Shown here: positions 27,039 through 35,147 of the stretch, piece by piece
Position numbering within the stretch: the first letter of the stretch is position 1
Layout of the letters: each line of letters begins with the position of its first letter
Assembly (NCBI GenBank): GCA_035293265.1
Contig: DATDOL010000107.1
Span: 1-35,147, forward strand
Length of the DNA stretch: 35,147 bases
Source of the DNA: Ignavibacteriaceae bacterium
GTDB lineage: Bacteria > Bacteroidota > Ignavibacteria > Ignavibacteriales > Ignavibacteriaceae
Direction of reading: 5' to 3'
Program-made: the position numbers and the translations under genes
Notes under the pieces: model-generated
Seen by the model: the letters and a program-made list of their open reading frames with translations, nothing else
What the model was told of the DNA's origin: nothing
Database searches by the model: none

Positions 27039-28424
27039 CTACTTCTGTTTTTCCAACAAAGTATCAAGTTTAGGTCGTGAAATGCCAAGCAATTTTGCTG
27101 TTCGTGTTTTATTTCCCTGCAGCTTTTCCAGAACTTTTTCGGCATAAAATTTCTCTAGTTTCCTCAGGTTTGTCGAGCCATAGTTCACTTCAAATTTTAC
27201 CATATGCCTGTTCTCTTCAAATTGATTTTCATCATGAATAGCTTTGATAGAAACTGATTTAATCAGATTTGAAAAATCATCAAGTGTCAATCTTCCATTA
27301 TCTGAAAGTAAAACAGCACGCTCAATCGCATTTCTTAATTCTCTAACATTTCCCGGCCACGGATATCCTAAAAGAAAATGTTTAATGTCTTTATCAACCT
27401 TCCTGATTGTTCTATTAAACTGCTTATTGAATTCTGTAATAAAATGATTAGCCAGAATGATCACGTCTTCACCACGTTCTCTCAACGGAGGTACGTCAAT
27501 AGTAACAACATTAAGTCTATGGTAAAGATCTCTTCGAAACAAATTTTCTTCCACCATTTGTTCAATATTCCTATTTGTTGCTGAAATTATTCTTGCATTG
27601 ATAGGAATATCCACCACTCCACCTAATCTTTTAATCACTTTTTTTTCAATTGCGCGCAACAGTTTTGTTTGAATATTAGGACTAAGATCACCAATTTCAT
27701 CCAGAAACAGGGTGCCTCTGTCTGCTAATTCAAACAAACCGATTTTTCTGTTCCTTGCACTAGTAAAAGCCCCGGCTTCATAGCCGAATAATTCCGATTC
27801 CAGCAAACTTTCGGGAATAGCTGTGCACACAATATCTATAAATGGAAATTGACCTGTTCTCCCATTGTTATGTATTGCTCGTGCAAAAAGTCCTTTGCCG
27901 GTGCCGGTTTCCCCAAGTAATAACACACTTGCGCCGCTTTTTTCCGAAACCTTTTTTGCAAGATCCACTACACGAACAAATTTATCCGATTCACCTATTA
28001 TGGATTTGAGACCACGTCGATTTATCCCAAATGCACCTATTCGATCGGTTTCGGTAATGTAAGATTTGTTTGAAATAACCTCGGCAAGAAATGAAGTGAA
28101 TTTGAGTATTTCGTATGGAAATATAAAAATATCATGAAATCCTTTTTTAAGAAGAGAAGTAACCTGGAGCGAGTCTCCGTTCCGCATTACAATCAAAAAT
28201 ATATTTGAATTTTCTCTCCTAGTTGCCAGAGCTTTCTTAAGAAATAATGATTCCTGTGATTCGATGTGCAGAACAATAATCTCATTATCAAAAACTTCAA
28301 AATTCTCTTCGAAGCTTACAGAGATAGGCATCCCTTTGAGTTCCAATTGCTTAAGGGCAGATGATACTGAAACTGTATCCTGTGAATCGCTAAATACTTT
28401 TATTTTAATCTGGGAATCGGACAT
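27039..28424 (-). CDS. Sigma-54-dependent transcriptional activator (bEBP, NtrC family) with degenerate N-terminal receiver-like domain
   Basis: AAA+ core: Walker A GETGTGKG, ESELFGYEAGAFTSA (GAFTGA loop, 27756-27773), Walker B LFLDEIGDL, and WPGNVRELRN. The C-terminal Fis-type HTH is TRTAKLLGISRPKL. The preferred start is ATG 28424 (MSDSQIK), 4 nt after the kinase stop. The ORF track begins at 28451. Confidence 0.9.
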   Translation of the reverse strand: MSDSQIKIKVFSDSQDTVSVSSALKQLELKGMPISVSFEENFEVFDNEIIVLHIESQESLFLKKALATRRENSNIFLIVMRNGDSLQVTSLLKKGFHDIFIFPYEILKFTSFLAEVISNKSYITETDRIGAFGINRRGLKSIIGESDKFVRVVDLAKKVSEKSGASVLLLGETGTGKGLFARAIHNNGRTGQFPFIDIVCTAIPESLLESELFGYEAGAFTSARNRKIGLFELADRGTLFLDEIGDLSPNIQTKLLRAIEKKVIKRLGGVVDIPINARIISATNRNIEQMVEENLFRRDLYHRLNVVTIDVPPLRERGEDVIILANHFITEFNKQFNRTIRKVDKDIKHFLLGYPWPGNVRELRNAIERAVLLSDNGRLTLDDFSNLIKSVSIKAIHDENQFEENRHMVKFEVNYGSTNLRKLEKFYAEKVLEKLQGNKTRTAKLLGISRPKLDTLLEKQK

Positions 28425-28428
28425 ATAT

Positions 28429-31400
28429 TTAAACCGAACTGTAAGCCTCAATTTTTTCTAAGGCTAACTTAACATCCTTCTGATTTATATATGAGTTCCT
28501 TAACTGCGGAGATTGAATATTTTCTGCAATAAAATTTATCAATTCCTTTGCATAGATAAAAAAACCTTTAGCTCTGTTAAAATTTCCTCTTTCTATATAG
28601 ATATCAGATTGCATCAATAAAACCTTCCAGGTCAATTCTGTAATGCTCTCATCCTTTATTAATTCATACGCTCTTTCCAGGTATTCAATCGGTGGCGAAA
28701 GTCTTTCAGACTCATAAACCGATGCAATTTTTGCCAGAAAATATTCCCTTTGTGATTCTAATATACTGTTTTGATTAATTATTTCAATAAATACTTTGTC
28801 ATTTATTTCGTTTAACGCTTGCTCATAATTCTTTTGATCAATTAAAACTTTGATAATTGTAAAATTTACTTCGGTATACTTATTTCTTTCGTCCATCTCA
28901 ACAAAAGCGTCTCTGATTGATCTTAATCCACTCACCTCAGGAAATTTATTGTCCAGAATTTTATATAAGGCATCGATATACTTCAAGGAATATTTATGCT
29001 TTGGCAGTAAATTTTTTTCTTCGATTAATTTTCTAAATCGATCTAAGATATCTCTCATTCTATTCATACTACCAATCAGGTTATAGAAATTGCCGTAAAG
29101 GTAAAGCACTTCAGCAAGTTCTTCATCATTCTCATTCGCTTCAAAGATTTGCATCGCTTGCTGCAGGGAATTAAAAACATGCTGATACTCGCATCCTATC
29201 ATGTATACCTCAGCAAGATTGTACAAAACCAGACCCTGATTTATTTGATTACCAAGGCTTAAAAATATTTTAATTGCATTTTTGTAGTTCTCTACCGCTC
29301 TATCAAATTTCTGGTGATTATAATAATAGATTCCTGTATTTAGGAGTATCAATCCTTCCTGTTCAAGGTTTCCAATAGATTCGTTTATATCCGATGCCCT
29401 GTTCCAATGTTCTTCTGCTTTTGAATGGATTCCTAAAATATTGAATATGTTTCCTACATTGACTTCAACTCCTGCAACGCGCCGTGGCAATCCTGCCTGT
29501 TTATAATTTTCAATGGCGAACATAAACTCTGTAAGAGCAGAATGAAGATCATTATTCTTATATATATAGCACATCCCAAGCAGGTTGTGACAGCGGCCTC
29601 TGAGTTCAAACGATAATTTTTTATCCTTTAAAAGTGATTTACTTATTCTCGAAGCTTCGTCATATATTTTTTGTTCAAATTCAGCATAAGCCATCTCTAC
29701 AAATATTTTATGTTTCAGGGTTACGTCGACTTTCCGTTTCAGCAATTCATTCAGCATTTTTTTAGCTTCATCAAATTTACCAACGTTAAAAAGTGAACTG
29801 CTTTTCAAAATTTGAATTTCAGTCTGAACCTTATCATCAAGATTTATTCCCTCTAAAGAATTTATAACCTCTAATGCTGATTGATAATCACTCATTTTAT
29901 AATATACATCGCAAAGTTTTATTTTAACATCGGTTTTCTTTATACCCCTGAGTGGTAATCCGGCTAAATGTTCCAATATTTTTTTCATATAAGAATATGC
30001 TGAATGTTTTTCAACATCTTCAATTTCTATGCACATCGTTTCATAACACAAATCATATTTTCCTGCAAGCTCATAATGTCTGGCTAATTCACTTCTATTA
30101 AAATATTGCAGATTTTTTTTGATTCTTTCCGCAAGCACCAGGTGAAGCCCGGTCTTATTTTTAACAGAACTGTATATATGCTTCTTAAATCCATCTGAGG
30201 TTATCAATAACGAGCTGCCTGATGTAAAATGCTGCAGAACATTATAAACCTGAAGTTTGAAAACTATATCAGAAATTTTTTGAAATGGGATGTCAAGTAG
30301 TGCTACAAGTGTGTTCATCTCAATGACAACATCCAAAGCCGAAATAATTTGAACAACTTTTAATTCTGTTTTCGAAAAATTCTTTAATCTATAATCATAA
30401 AGCACTTCATGAGAACTTTTTAATACCCGTATCGCTTCTTCATTTTTATTTATTTCCACTCCGGATGGAAGATGCCTGACGATCCCAAGTAATATTAAAT
30501 CCTTAATAAACGATACTATGCTGCCAGGCAATAAATCAGCGTATTTGACTATGAGATTAATCAATTCTTCCCGGGGAAAGGACGCTGAGTAACTTTGCTT
30601 TATGAATTCTGTGACCTGCACATCGGTAAACGAACTGAGTAAGACATCTCTTACATTATTAATTTCTGTTGATTTGTAACGGTTGTCAGCTGTTTCGGCG
30701 AGAATTATTTTTATGCTGTTTACCTGAAAAATTGGAATGATCGAACTAAGTATTTCAGAGGATAAATCATCAAGCAGGTTGAAGTCATCAATTAATAAAA
30801 TAAACTTAGTCTTTTTAGCAATTAAAGAAATTACCTCCGGCAGCCGAAGTACAAAGCTGGAATCGGATTCATCAGTCAAAGAATTAATTTTTGTAAGTTC
30901 TTCTGTTGAAAGAAAATCATAAACCGATTTTGAAAAAACAATTTCTTTCAAAAGGTATTTAATTAATTTTATCCCGGACTTTCCTTTTTGATTACTGACC
31001 ATAACAGAACCGGGATAAATTTCGTGTACCCTATTCAGTATTGCTGTCTTTCCAGCTCCATCAAATCCTTTTAAAGTAAAAGCCTCACTGCTTGTTTTAT
31101 CATTTATGTAAACAAATAAAATGTTGAGAACATCCGTTCGATCTGAAAATACTTTTGCGGGCAGGAAATCTTTTGTAATCGAGTCATCGACTTCAATTTC
31201 CAAATCACTTAAAACCTGTAATGCGTTTTGAAATCTATCTTCAGGGTTTTTAGCAAGAAGCTTTTTAACAACCTCAATTAGTTCATTTGAATATTTTATA
31301 GTTAGAGGAAAGTCAAATTCATTTTCTAACTTCGATTTATAGATTGCAAGTTCATCCGATGAATTAAAAGGAAACCTGTCATAAATAATCCTGTAAAGCA

Positions 31401-31995
31401 TCATCCCGAGAGAATAAAGATCAACCCTGTGATCATGTTCTTCCTTCTTCAGCAGTTCGGGAGCGATATACTGTGCAGTACCTTTGACATCATTTTTAAG
31501 CTCTTCACTTCCAAGCTGTGCAAATCCAAGATCAATTAATTTAATGACCGGGTTTCCACCGGGGTTTGCGACCAGAATATTTTCGGGTTTCAGATCATAG
31601 TAGATGTAATTTGATTGATGAAGATAATACAAGACTGAGCATATTTGATTTAGTATTATTTTTAATGATAATTCATTCCTTATAAAAACGGATTGAAGCA
31701 GCTCGCTTGATGGAAAATATTCAAGTGTGATGAATGGAACCCCGGATTCAACAGCATCGTTCTCGCTTTTTTCCAGAATTGTTCCAATCTCAAGAGCGCG
31801 AATGATATTCGGATGATCTAGTTTTTTTAAAGTGAAATACTCTCTCCTGAAATATTCTCTTTCAACATCATTTGCCCCGGATGATAAAACTTTTATGGCA
31901 ATTTCAGCATCCATAAACTCAGCGTCTTTACATATGTAAACAGCACTGCGGCCTTGTCCGATTTTTTTAATTATCTCATATCGTTTATTAATCAT
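28429..31995 (-). CDS. Hanks-type Ser/Thr protein kinase fused to a P-loop NTPase (STAND/AAA_16-like) and a long TPR-like helical-repeat C-terminus
   Basis: Kinase motifs: IGQGRSAVY, IAIKVL, YYDLKPENILV (31594-31602 encodes YYD), IDLGFA and YIAPE. Walker A GFDGAGKT lies at 31045-31068, followed by Walker B LLIDDFNLLD. The C-terminal ~550 aa contains repeated TPR-like helical pairs. Its ATG overlaps the OppC-like TGA (ATGA). Confidence 0.85.
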   Translation of the reverse strand: MINKRYEIIKKIGQGRSAVYICKDAEFMDAEIAIKVLSSGANDVEREYFRREYFTLKKLDHPNIIRALEIGTILEKSENDAVESGVPFITLEYFPSSELLQSVFIRNELSLKIILNQICSVLYYLHQSNYIYYDLKPENILVANPGGNPVIKLIDLGFAQLGSEELKNDVKGTAQYIAPELLKKEEHDHRVDLYSLGMMLYRIIYDRFPFNSSDELAIYKSKLENEFDFPLTIKYSNELIEVVKKLLAKNPEDRFQNALQVLSDLEIEVDDSITKDFLPAKVFSDRTDVLNILFVYINDKTSSEAFTLKGFDGAGKTAILNRVHEIYPGSVMVSNQKGKSGIKLIKYLLKEIVFSKSVYDFLSTEELTKINSLTDESDSSFVLRLPEVISLIAKKTKFILLIDDFNLLDDLSSEILSSIIPIFQVNSIKIILAETADNRYKSTEINNVRDVLLSSFTDVQVTEFIKQSYSASFPREELINLIVKYADLLPGSIVSFIKDLILLGIVRHLPSGVEINKNEEAIRVLKSSHEVLYDYRLKNFSKTELKVVQIISALDVVIEMNTLVALLDIPFQKISDIVFKLQVYNVLQHFTSGSSLLITSDGFKKHIYSSVKNKTGLHLVLAERIKKNLQYFNRSELARHYELAGKYDLCYETMCIEIEDVEKHSAYSYMKKILEHLAGLPLRGIKKTDVKIKLCDVYYKMSDYQSALEVINSLEGINLDDKVQTEIQILKSSSLFNVGKFDEAKKMLNELLKRKVDVTLKHKIFVEMAYAEFEQKIYDEASRISKSLLKDKKLSFELRGRCHNLLGMCYIYKNNDLHSALTEFMFAIENYKQAGLPRRVAGVEVNVGNIFNILGIHSKAEEHWNRASDINESIGNLEQEGLILLNTGIYYYNHQKFDRAVENYKNAIKIFLSLGNQINQGLVLYNLAEVYMIGCEYQHVFNSLQQAMQIFEANENDEELAEVLYLYGNFYNLIGSMNRMRDILDRFRKLIEEKNLLPKHKYSLKYIDALYKILDNKFPEVSGLRSIRDAFVEMDERNKYTEVNFTIIKVLIDQKNYEQALNEINDKVFIEIINQNSILESQREYFLAKIASVYESERLSPPIEYLERAYELIKDESITELTWKVLLMQSDIYIERGNFNRAKGFFIYAKELINFIAENIQSPQLRNSYINQKDVKLALEKIEAYSSV

Positions 31996-33281
31996 ATATC
32001 AAGACGCGGATTAAAAAATTTGTTTAATCTTCTTCCAAAATAATTTGCGGAAAAAAGTGTAACGACCAGACAGCCGCCCGGAAATATGATCATCCACCAG
32101 GCTTTTGTGATGTATTCCTGTCCTGACTGTATCATTGCCCCCCATGAAGGATAACTGTCTCCGGTACCTAAACCAAGATAGCTCAGAGCAGATTCTGCAA
32201 GAATAACATTGCTGAATTGAAAAATTAAATTTACAATTACGGGGGCGATGATAACGGGCAATATTTCCCTGAACAAAATTTTATTCGATTTTATTCCGAG
32301 AAGTTTTGAGGTTTGTATATAGTCTTTTTGCTTGAGGGAATTTACTTCTCCTCTTACTATCTTAAATAAACTCATCCATCCTGATATTCCCAGTACAATA
32401 ACTACAGCAAATAATGAACTTGAAAACAATGCAAGAATTAAAACAACCAGGTAAATAACTGGAAATGCCAAAAGTAATTCTGCAAACCTGTTAAGAACCA
32501 TATCAATTAAGCCTCCTTTATAACCTGCAATAAATCCCAGTGTAATACCAAGCAGAAACGAAATAAAGACCGCACCGATTCCAACTAACAAGGATATCCT
32601 TAATCCATAAACTAATCTTGTAAATGTATCTCTGCCGAATTCATCAGTACCGAGAAGAAATGTTTTGGTTGTTACCAAGGGTTCTCTATTATCTTTAATC
32701 AATTTATCGTCCGGAATTTCTTTCATAATATTTTTTTGATGATATAATATTTTATCAGATGTTATAGCACCTATACTGTCGGCGTAAATAATACTTTCAT
32801 TAAATACCTCCCTAAGAATTTTTCTTTTATAAAGCAGGAATTTATTTAAAGAGTTACCCTCAGAACTATCTTCAATTTTCAAATGCAGAACTTTAACTTT
32901 GCTTAATGGAGAAAGGTGTTTGGTTACGCTTAAATTTTTCTGAAAATCCGGGTTCCCTCTTGTAATTATTTGCGCCATTAAAAATGTTATAAGCAGAATT
33001 ATGATAACACCGGATGAAAAATTTAGATTATACTTTAAAATTTTTATCCGCCGGTGATAAACAATCATAATTAATGGAACAAGAATAAAAATTATTAAGG
33101 AAAGCAATGAATCAATAAGTTTAAAATCCAGCAGAGTTAAAGCACCATCGAAATCATTGAACAACAAAGAAAAGTATTTAAACCATAAAACTGCCAGTTC
33201 AGTCAACCTCGTAAATTGCAGTAAAATAATTAGCAGCCAAATTGCTGAAGTGAACTGCCATATTTTTAATTTAAATTTCAT
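31992..33281 (-). CDS. ABC transporter permease, OppC/DppC type, with an N-terminal extension
   Basis: LGTDEFGRDTFTRLVYGLRISL and the BPD-transporter EAA-like loop (ESALSYLGLG) are present. At 429 aa it is clearly longer than a canonical OppC, with extra hydrophobic segments at the N-terminus. Confidence 0.85.
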   Translation of the reverse strand: MKFKLKIWQFTSAIWLLIILLQFTRLTELAVLWFKYFSLLFNDFDGALTLLDFKLIDSLLSLIIFILVPLIMIVYHRRIKILKYNLNFSSGVIIILLITFLMAQIITRGNPDFQKNLSVTKHLSPLSKVKVLHLKIEDSSEGNSLNKFLLYKRKILREVFNESIIYADSIGAITSDKILYHQKNIMKEIPDDKLIKDNREPLVTTKTFLLGTDEFGRDTFTRLVYGLRISLLVGIGAVFISFLLGITLGFIAGYKGGLIDMVLNRFAELLLAFPVIYLVVLILALFSSSLFAVVIVLGISGWMSLFKIVRGEVNSLKQKDYIQTSKLLGIKSNKILFREILPVIIAPVIVNLIFQFSNVILAESALSYLGLGTGDSYPSWGAMIQSGQEYITKAWWMIIFPGGCLVVTLFSANYFGRRLNKFFNPRLDI

Positions 33282-34264
33282 ATCACATTTCCCCGAAGCA
33301 GTCTTTTATCAATTTTTAGTTTAAGAAGATCGGCAATAAAATTAGTGAGTATCATTAAAAGTCCGGCAGCAAAAGTACAGCCGATTATAAGAGGATAATC
33401 CCTGGTTAAAATTGAATCAATTGTCAGTCTTCCCATTCCCGGCAAGCTAAAAATAACTTCAGTAATAAGCGTTCCGCCTAAAAGTATTCCTAATTCAATT
33501 CCGGCAACAGAAATAAACGGACCAATTGCATTTGGAATTACATGCTTCCTAAGAATTGTGTTTTCATTTAATCCATTTGCTCTCAGCTGCACAATAAAAG
33601 TTTGGTGATAAATATCTTCCAGGTTATCCCTCAGATACCGATAAAATAAGGCGATTCCGGCTATCGATAAAGTTATCAACGGAAGAATAAGATGGTGAAT
33701 TTTATCAAGAAGTTTTTCAAAATAATTTAATGAATCATAATCGAGTGAAGTAAAACCAGAAGTTGGAAACAAATCTACCTGGACAGCAAGCAGATAAATC
33801 AGCAGAACACCAATTACAAACGCAGGTGTGCTGTAAAAAATCAGCGAGAGGTTGGAAATTAAATTATCGGTATTTTTATTTTGTTTTTGAATAGTGTAAA
33901 CAGCTAAATAATAACTCACGATAATCTGAACAAGGAAACTGATTGCGGCAATCACAAGCGTGAAGGAAAGAAATTCCCACACAACCGAAGTCACCGGCAT
34001 CCGGTAATTGTAAGATATGCCTAAATCTCCTTTAATTAAGTTAGCGACAAAGCTTAAGTACTGCTCGGGAAGCGGATCATTCAGTTTGAAGTCCTCGGCA
34101 ACTTTTTGTGCTATTTCTGGACTGAGTTCTGGTGAAATAAATTTCTGTGCCGGGTTTCCAGGAGAGATCCTTATTAAAATGAACAGCAGACTAATCAGCA
34201 AAAACAGTGTTATTAAAGAAGAGATTAATCTTTTAATAACTGCTTTACTGAATTTATTATTCAT
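33278..34264 (-). CDS. ABC transporter permease, OppB/DppB type
   Basis: 328 aa. The N-terminus is KRLISSLITLFLLISLLFILIRISPGNP. Also present are DPLPEQYLSFV..L.GDLGISY and the EAA-loop region. A 4-nt overlap joins it to the OppC-like gene. Confidence 0.9.
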   Translation of the reverse strand: MNNKFSKAVIKRLISSLITLFLLISLLFILIRISPGNPAQKFISPELSPEIAQKVAEDFKLNDPLPEQYLSFVANLIKGDLGISYNYRMPVTSVVWEFLSFTLVIAAISFLVQIIVSYYLAVYTIQKQNKNTDNLISNLSLIFYSTPAFVIGVLLIYLLAVQVDLFPTSGFTSLDYDSLNYFEKLLDKIHHLILPLITLSIAGIALFYRYLRDNLEDIYHQTFIVQLRANGLNENTILRKHVIPNAIGPFISVAGIELGILLGGTLITEVIFSLPGMGRLTIDSILTRDYPLIIGCTFAAGLLMILTNFIADLLKLKIDKRLLRGNVI

Positions 34265-34270
34265 AAATTT

Positions 34271-35147
34271 TTAATCGCTGATTTTCCATTCCCAGCAATG
34301 TGTGATTGAACCTAGTGGAGTTATGTGTATGTTTTTAATTCTTTTATTATATACTGTAATATTAGGGATCCAGTATAAAAAAGTTACCGGTTGATCATTA
34401 TGAATTATTTCCTGGAATTTAAAGTACAAATCTTTTTTTCTTTTGTCGGATATTTTTTGTTCCAATTCATTAATTATATCGTCCGCTTGTTTATTCTGAT
34501 AACTAACAAAATTCAACGGGGTCATTTCCAGGTCCGAATACCAGTAAGACTTAAGCTCAACAGGAATAGGGATATACCAGGCTGCCATCCAGGCATCCAT
34601 TTTCTTTTCATACAGGTGATCTATAAATGAACCCATTTCAAGATTAACAATTTTCATTTCTATGCCAATAGAAGCAAGATTATTTTTTATGATAGTTGAA
34701 GCATAATTTCTAAGCGGATTGCCGGACGGAAAATATAATGTAAATCTAAACTCTGTATTATTTTTATCTAAAATTCCATTATTATTGGTATCCTTCCAGT
34801 CTTCTGCTGCAAGAAGTTTTTTTGCCGTTTCGGTATTATACTGATATGCTTTTATTTCCGGGTTAAAATATCTTTTAAAAATTTTTGAAACGGGGCTAAC
34901 TGCTATCTCACCGTAATTCAGCAAATACTCTTCAAGAATTTCCTGATTGTTAATTGCATGCGAAAGTGCAATTCTGACATTTTTATTTCCGAAAAGTTTG
35001 TGCAGTATGATTTTATTTTCTTTAGTGAATAATTCCGGATCAATATTATTCCAACCGATATAATCATACTCTCTTCCCACAACTGAAACAATATTAAGCG
35101 ATTGGTTCTTTCTCATATCCTCAATGTCCTCGGTTTTAACAAGTTCC
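34271..35147 (-). CDS. ABC transporter substrate-binding protein, family 5 (peptide/nickel, OppA/DppA-like); N-terminal part lies outside the window
   Basis: The frame stays open to the window edge, upstream of Met 35116. VRIALSHAINNQEILEE, YQYNTETAKKLLAAEDWKD.NNNGILDK and the FTLYF pattern match SBP_bac_5. Confidence 0.85.
   Translation of the reverse strand, partial: ELVKTEDIEDMRKNQSLNIVSVVGREYDYIGWNNIDPELFTKENKIILHKLFGNKNVRIALSHAINNQEILEEYLLNYGEIAVSPVSKIFKRYFNPEIKAYQYNTETAKKLLAAEDWKDTNNNGILDKNNTEFRFTLYFPSGNPLRNYASTIIKNNLASIGIEMKIVNLEMGSFIDHLYEKKMDAWMAAWYIPIPVELKSYWYSDLEMTPLNFVSYQNKQADDIINELEQKISDKRKKDLYFKFQEIIHNDQPVTFLYWIPNITVYNKRIKNIHITPLGSITHCWEWKISD

Noticed and set aside
28425-28451. 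Extended bEBP start (MRLTVRFKY...) from the ORF track, overlapping the kinase gene
   Set aside because: The in-frame ATG at 28424 gives a 4-nt gap after the kinase stop and removes a 23-nt overlap. The extra nine residues are not part of any recognisable domain. The longer form cannot be strictly excluded.
1-35147. Looked for mobile elements, prophage genes, defence-island hallmarks (integrase, transposase, restriction/Cas/toxin-antitoxin genes), and tRNA/rRNA genes
   Set aside because: No ORF shows such signatures. Intergenic spacers are short and contain no cloverleaf-like or rRNA-like sequence that I could discern. The window appears to be core chromosome plus one signalling locus.
31992-35147. 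Treating the absence of oppD/oppF as proof that the transporter is a non-transporting sensor
   Set aside because: The ATPase genes could lie upstream of the SBP gene beyond the window edge or elsewhere in the genome. Only their absence from the canonical downstream position can be stated.

Overview
This is a visibly AT-rich bacterial chromosomal window of about 35 kb. I call 31 protein-coding genes, and all but four lie on the minus strand. I found no rRNA, tRNA, CRISPR array, transposase or integrase. Gene content and order (ileS, a DksA/TraR-like gene, lspA; type-2-length IleRS; peptidase-MA/PD40 outer-membrane proteins) suggest an FCB-group or Ignavibacteria-like organism, but that is a low-confidence inference.

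Positions 1-22,400 hold ordinary housekeeping genes: cysS, rluD, two tandem lspA, ileS, a purine nucleoside phosphorylase, DivIVA, yggS, pta, gpx, glgP, RidA, an AlkD-like gene and others.

Positions 22,400-35,147 hold a dense signal-transduction locus, all on the minus strand, which is the most interesting part of the window. It starts with a tightly coupled operon: family-5 peptide-binding SBP, OppB-like permease, OppC-like permease, a 1188-aa Ser/Thr-kinase/P-loop NTPase/TPR protein, and a sigma-54 enhancer-binding protein with a degenerate receiver. Next comes a near-consensus sigma-54 promoter driving a monocistronic gene. That gene encodes a signal-peptide-bearing precursor with six near-identical, Arg-bounded 16-aa units (SSTQL[E/D]ELGS[L/R]YGWVR), and a strong hairpin terminator follows it. 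Downstream are a 1209-aa secreted HExxH metallopeptidase/beta-propeller/putative barrel protein and two sensor kinases.

I propose, as inference only, that this is an undescribed multi-copy peptide production and sensing circuit. I do not recognise the repeat peptide as belonging to any known family.
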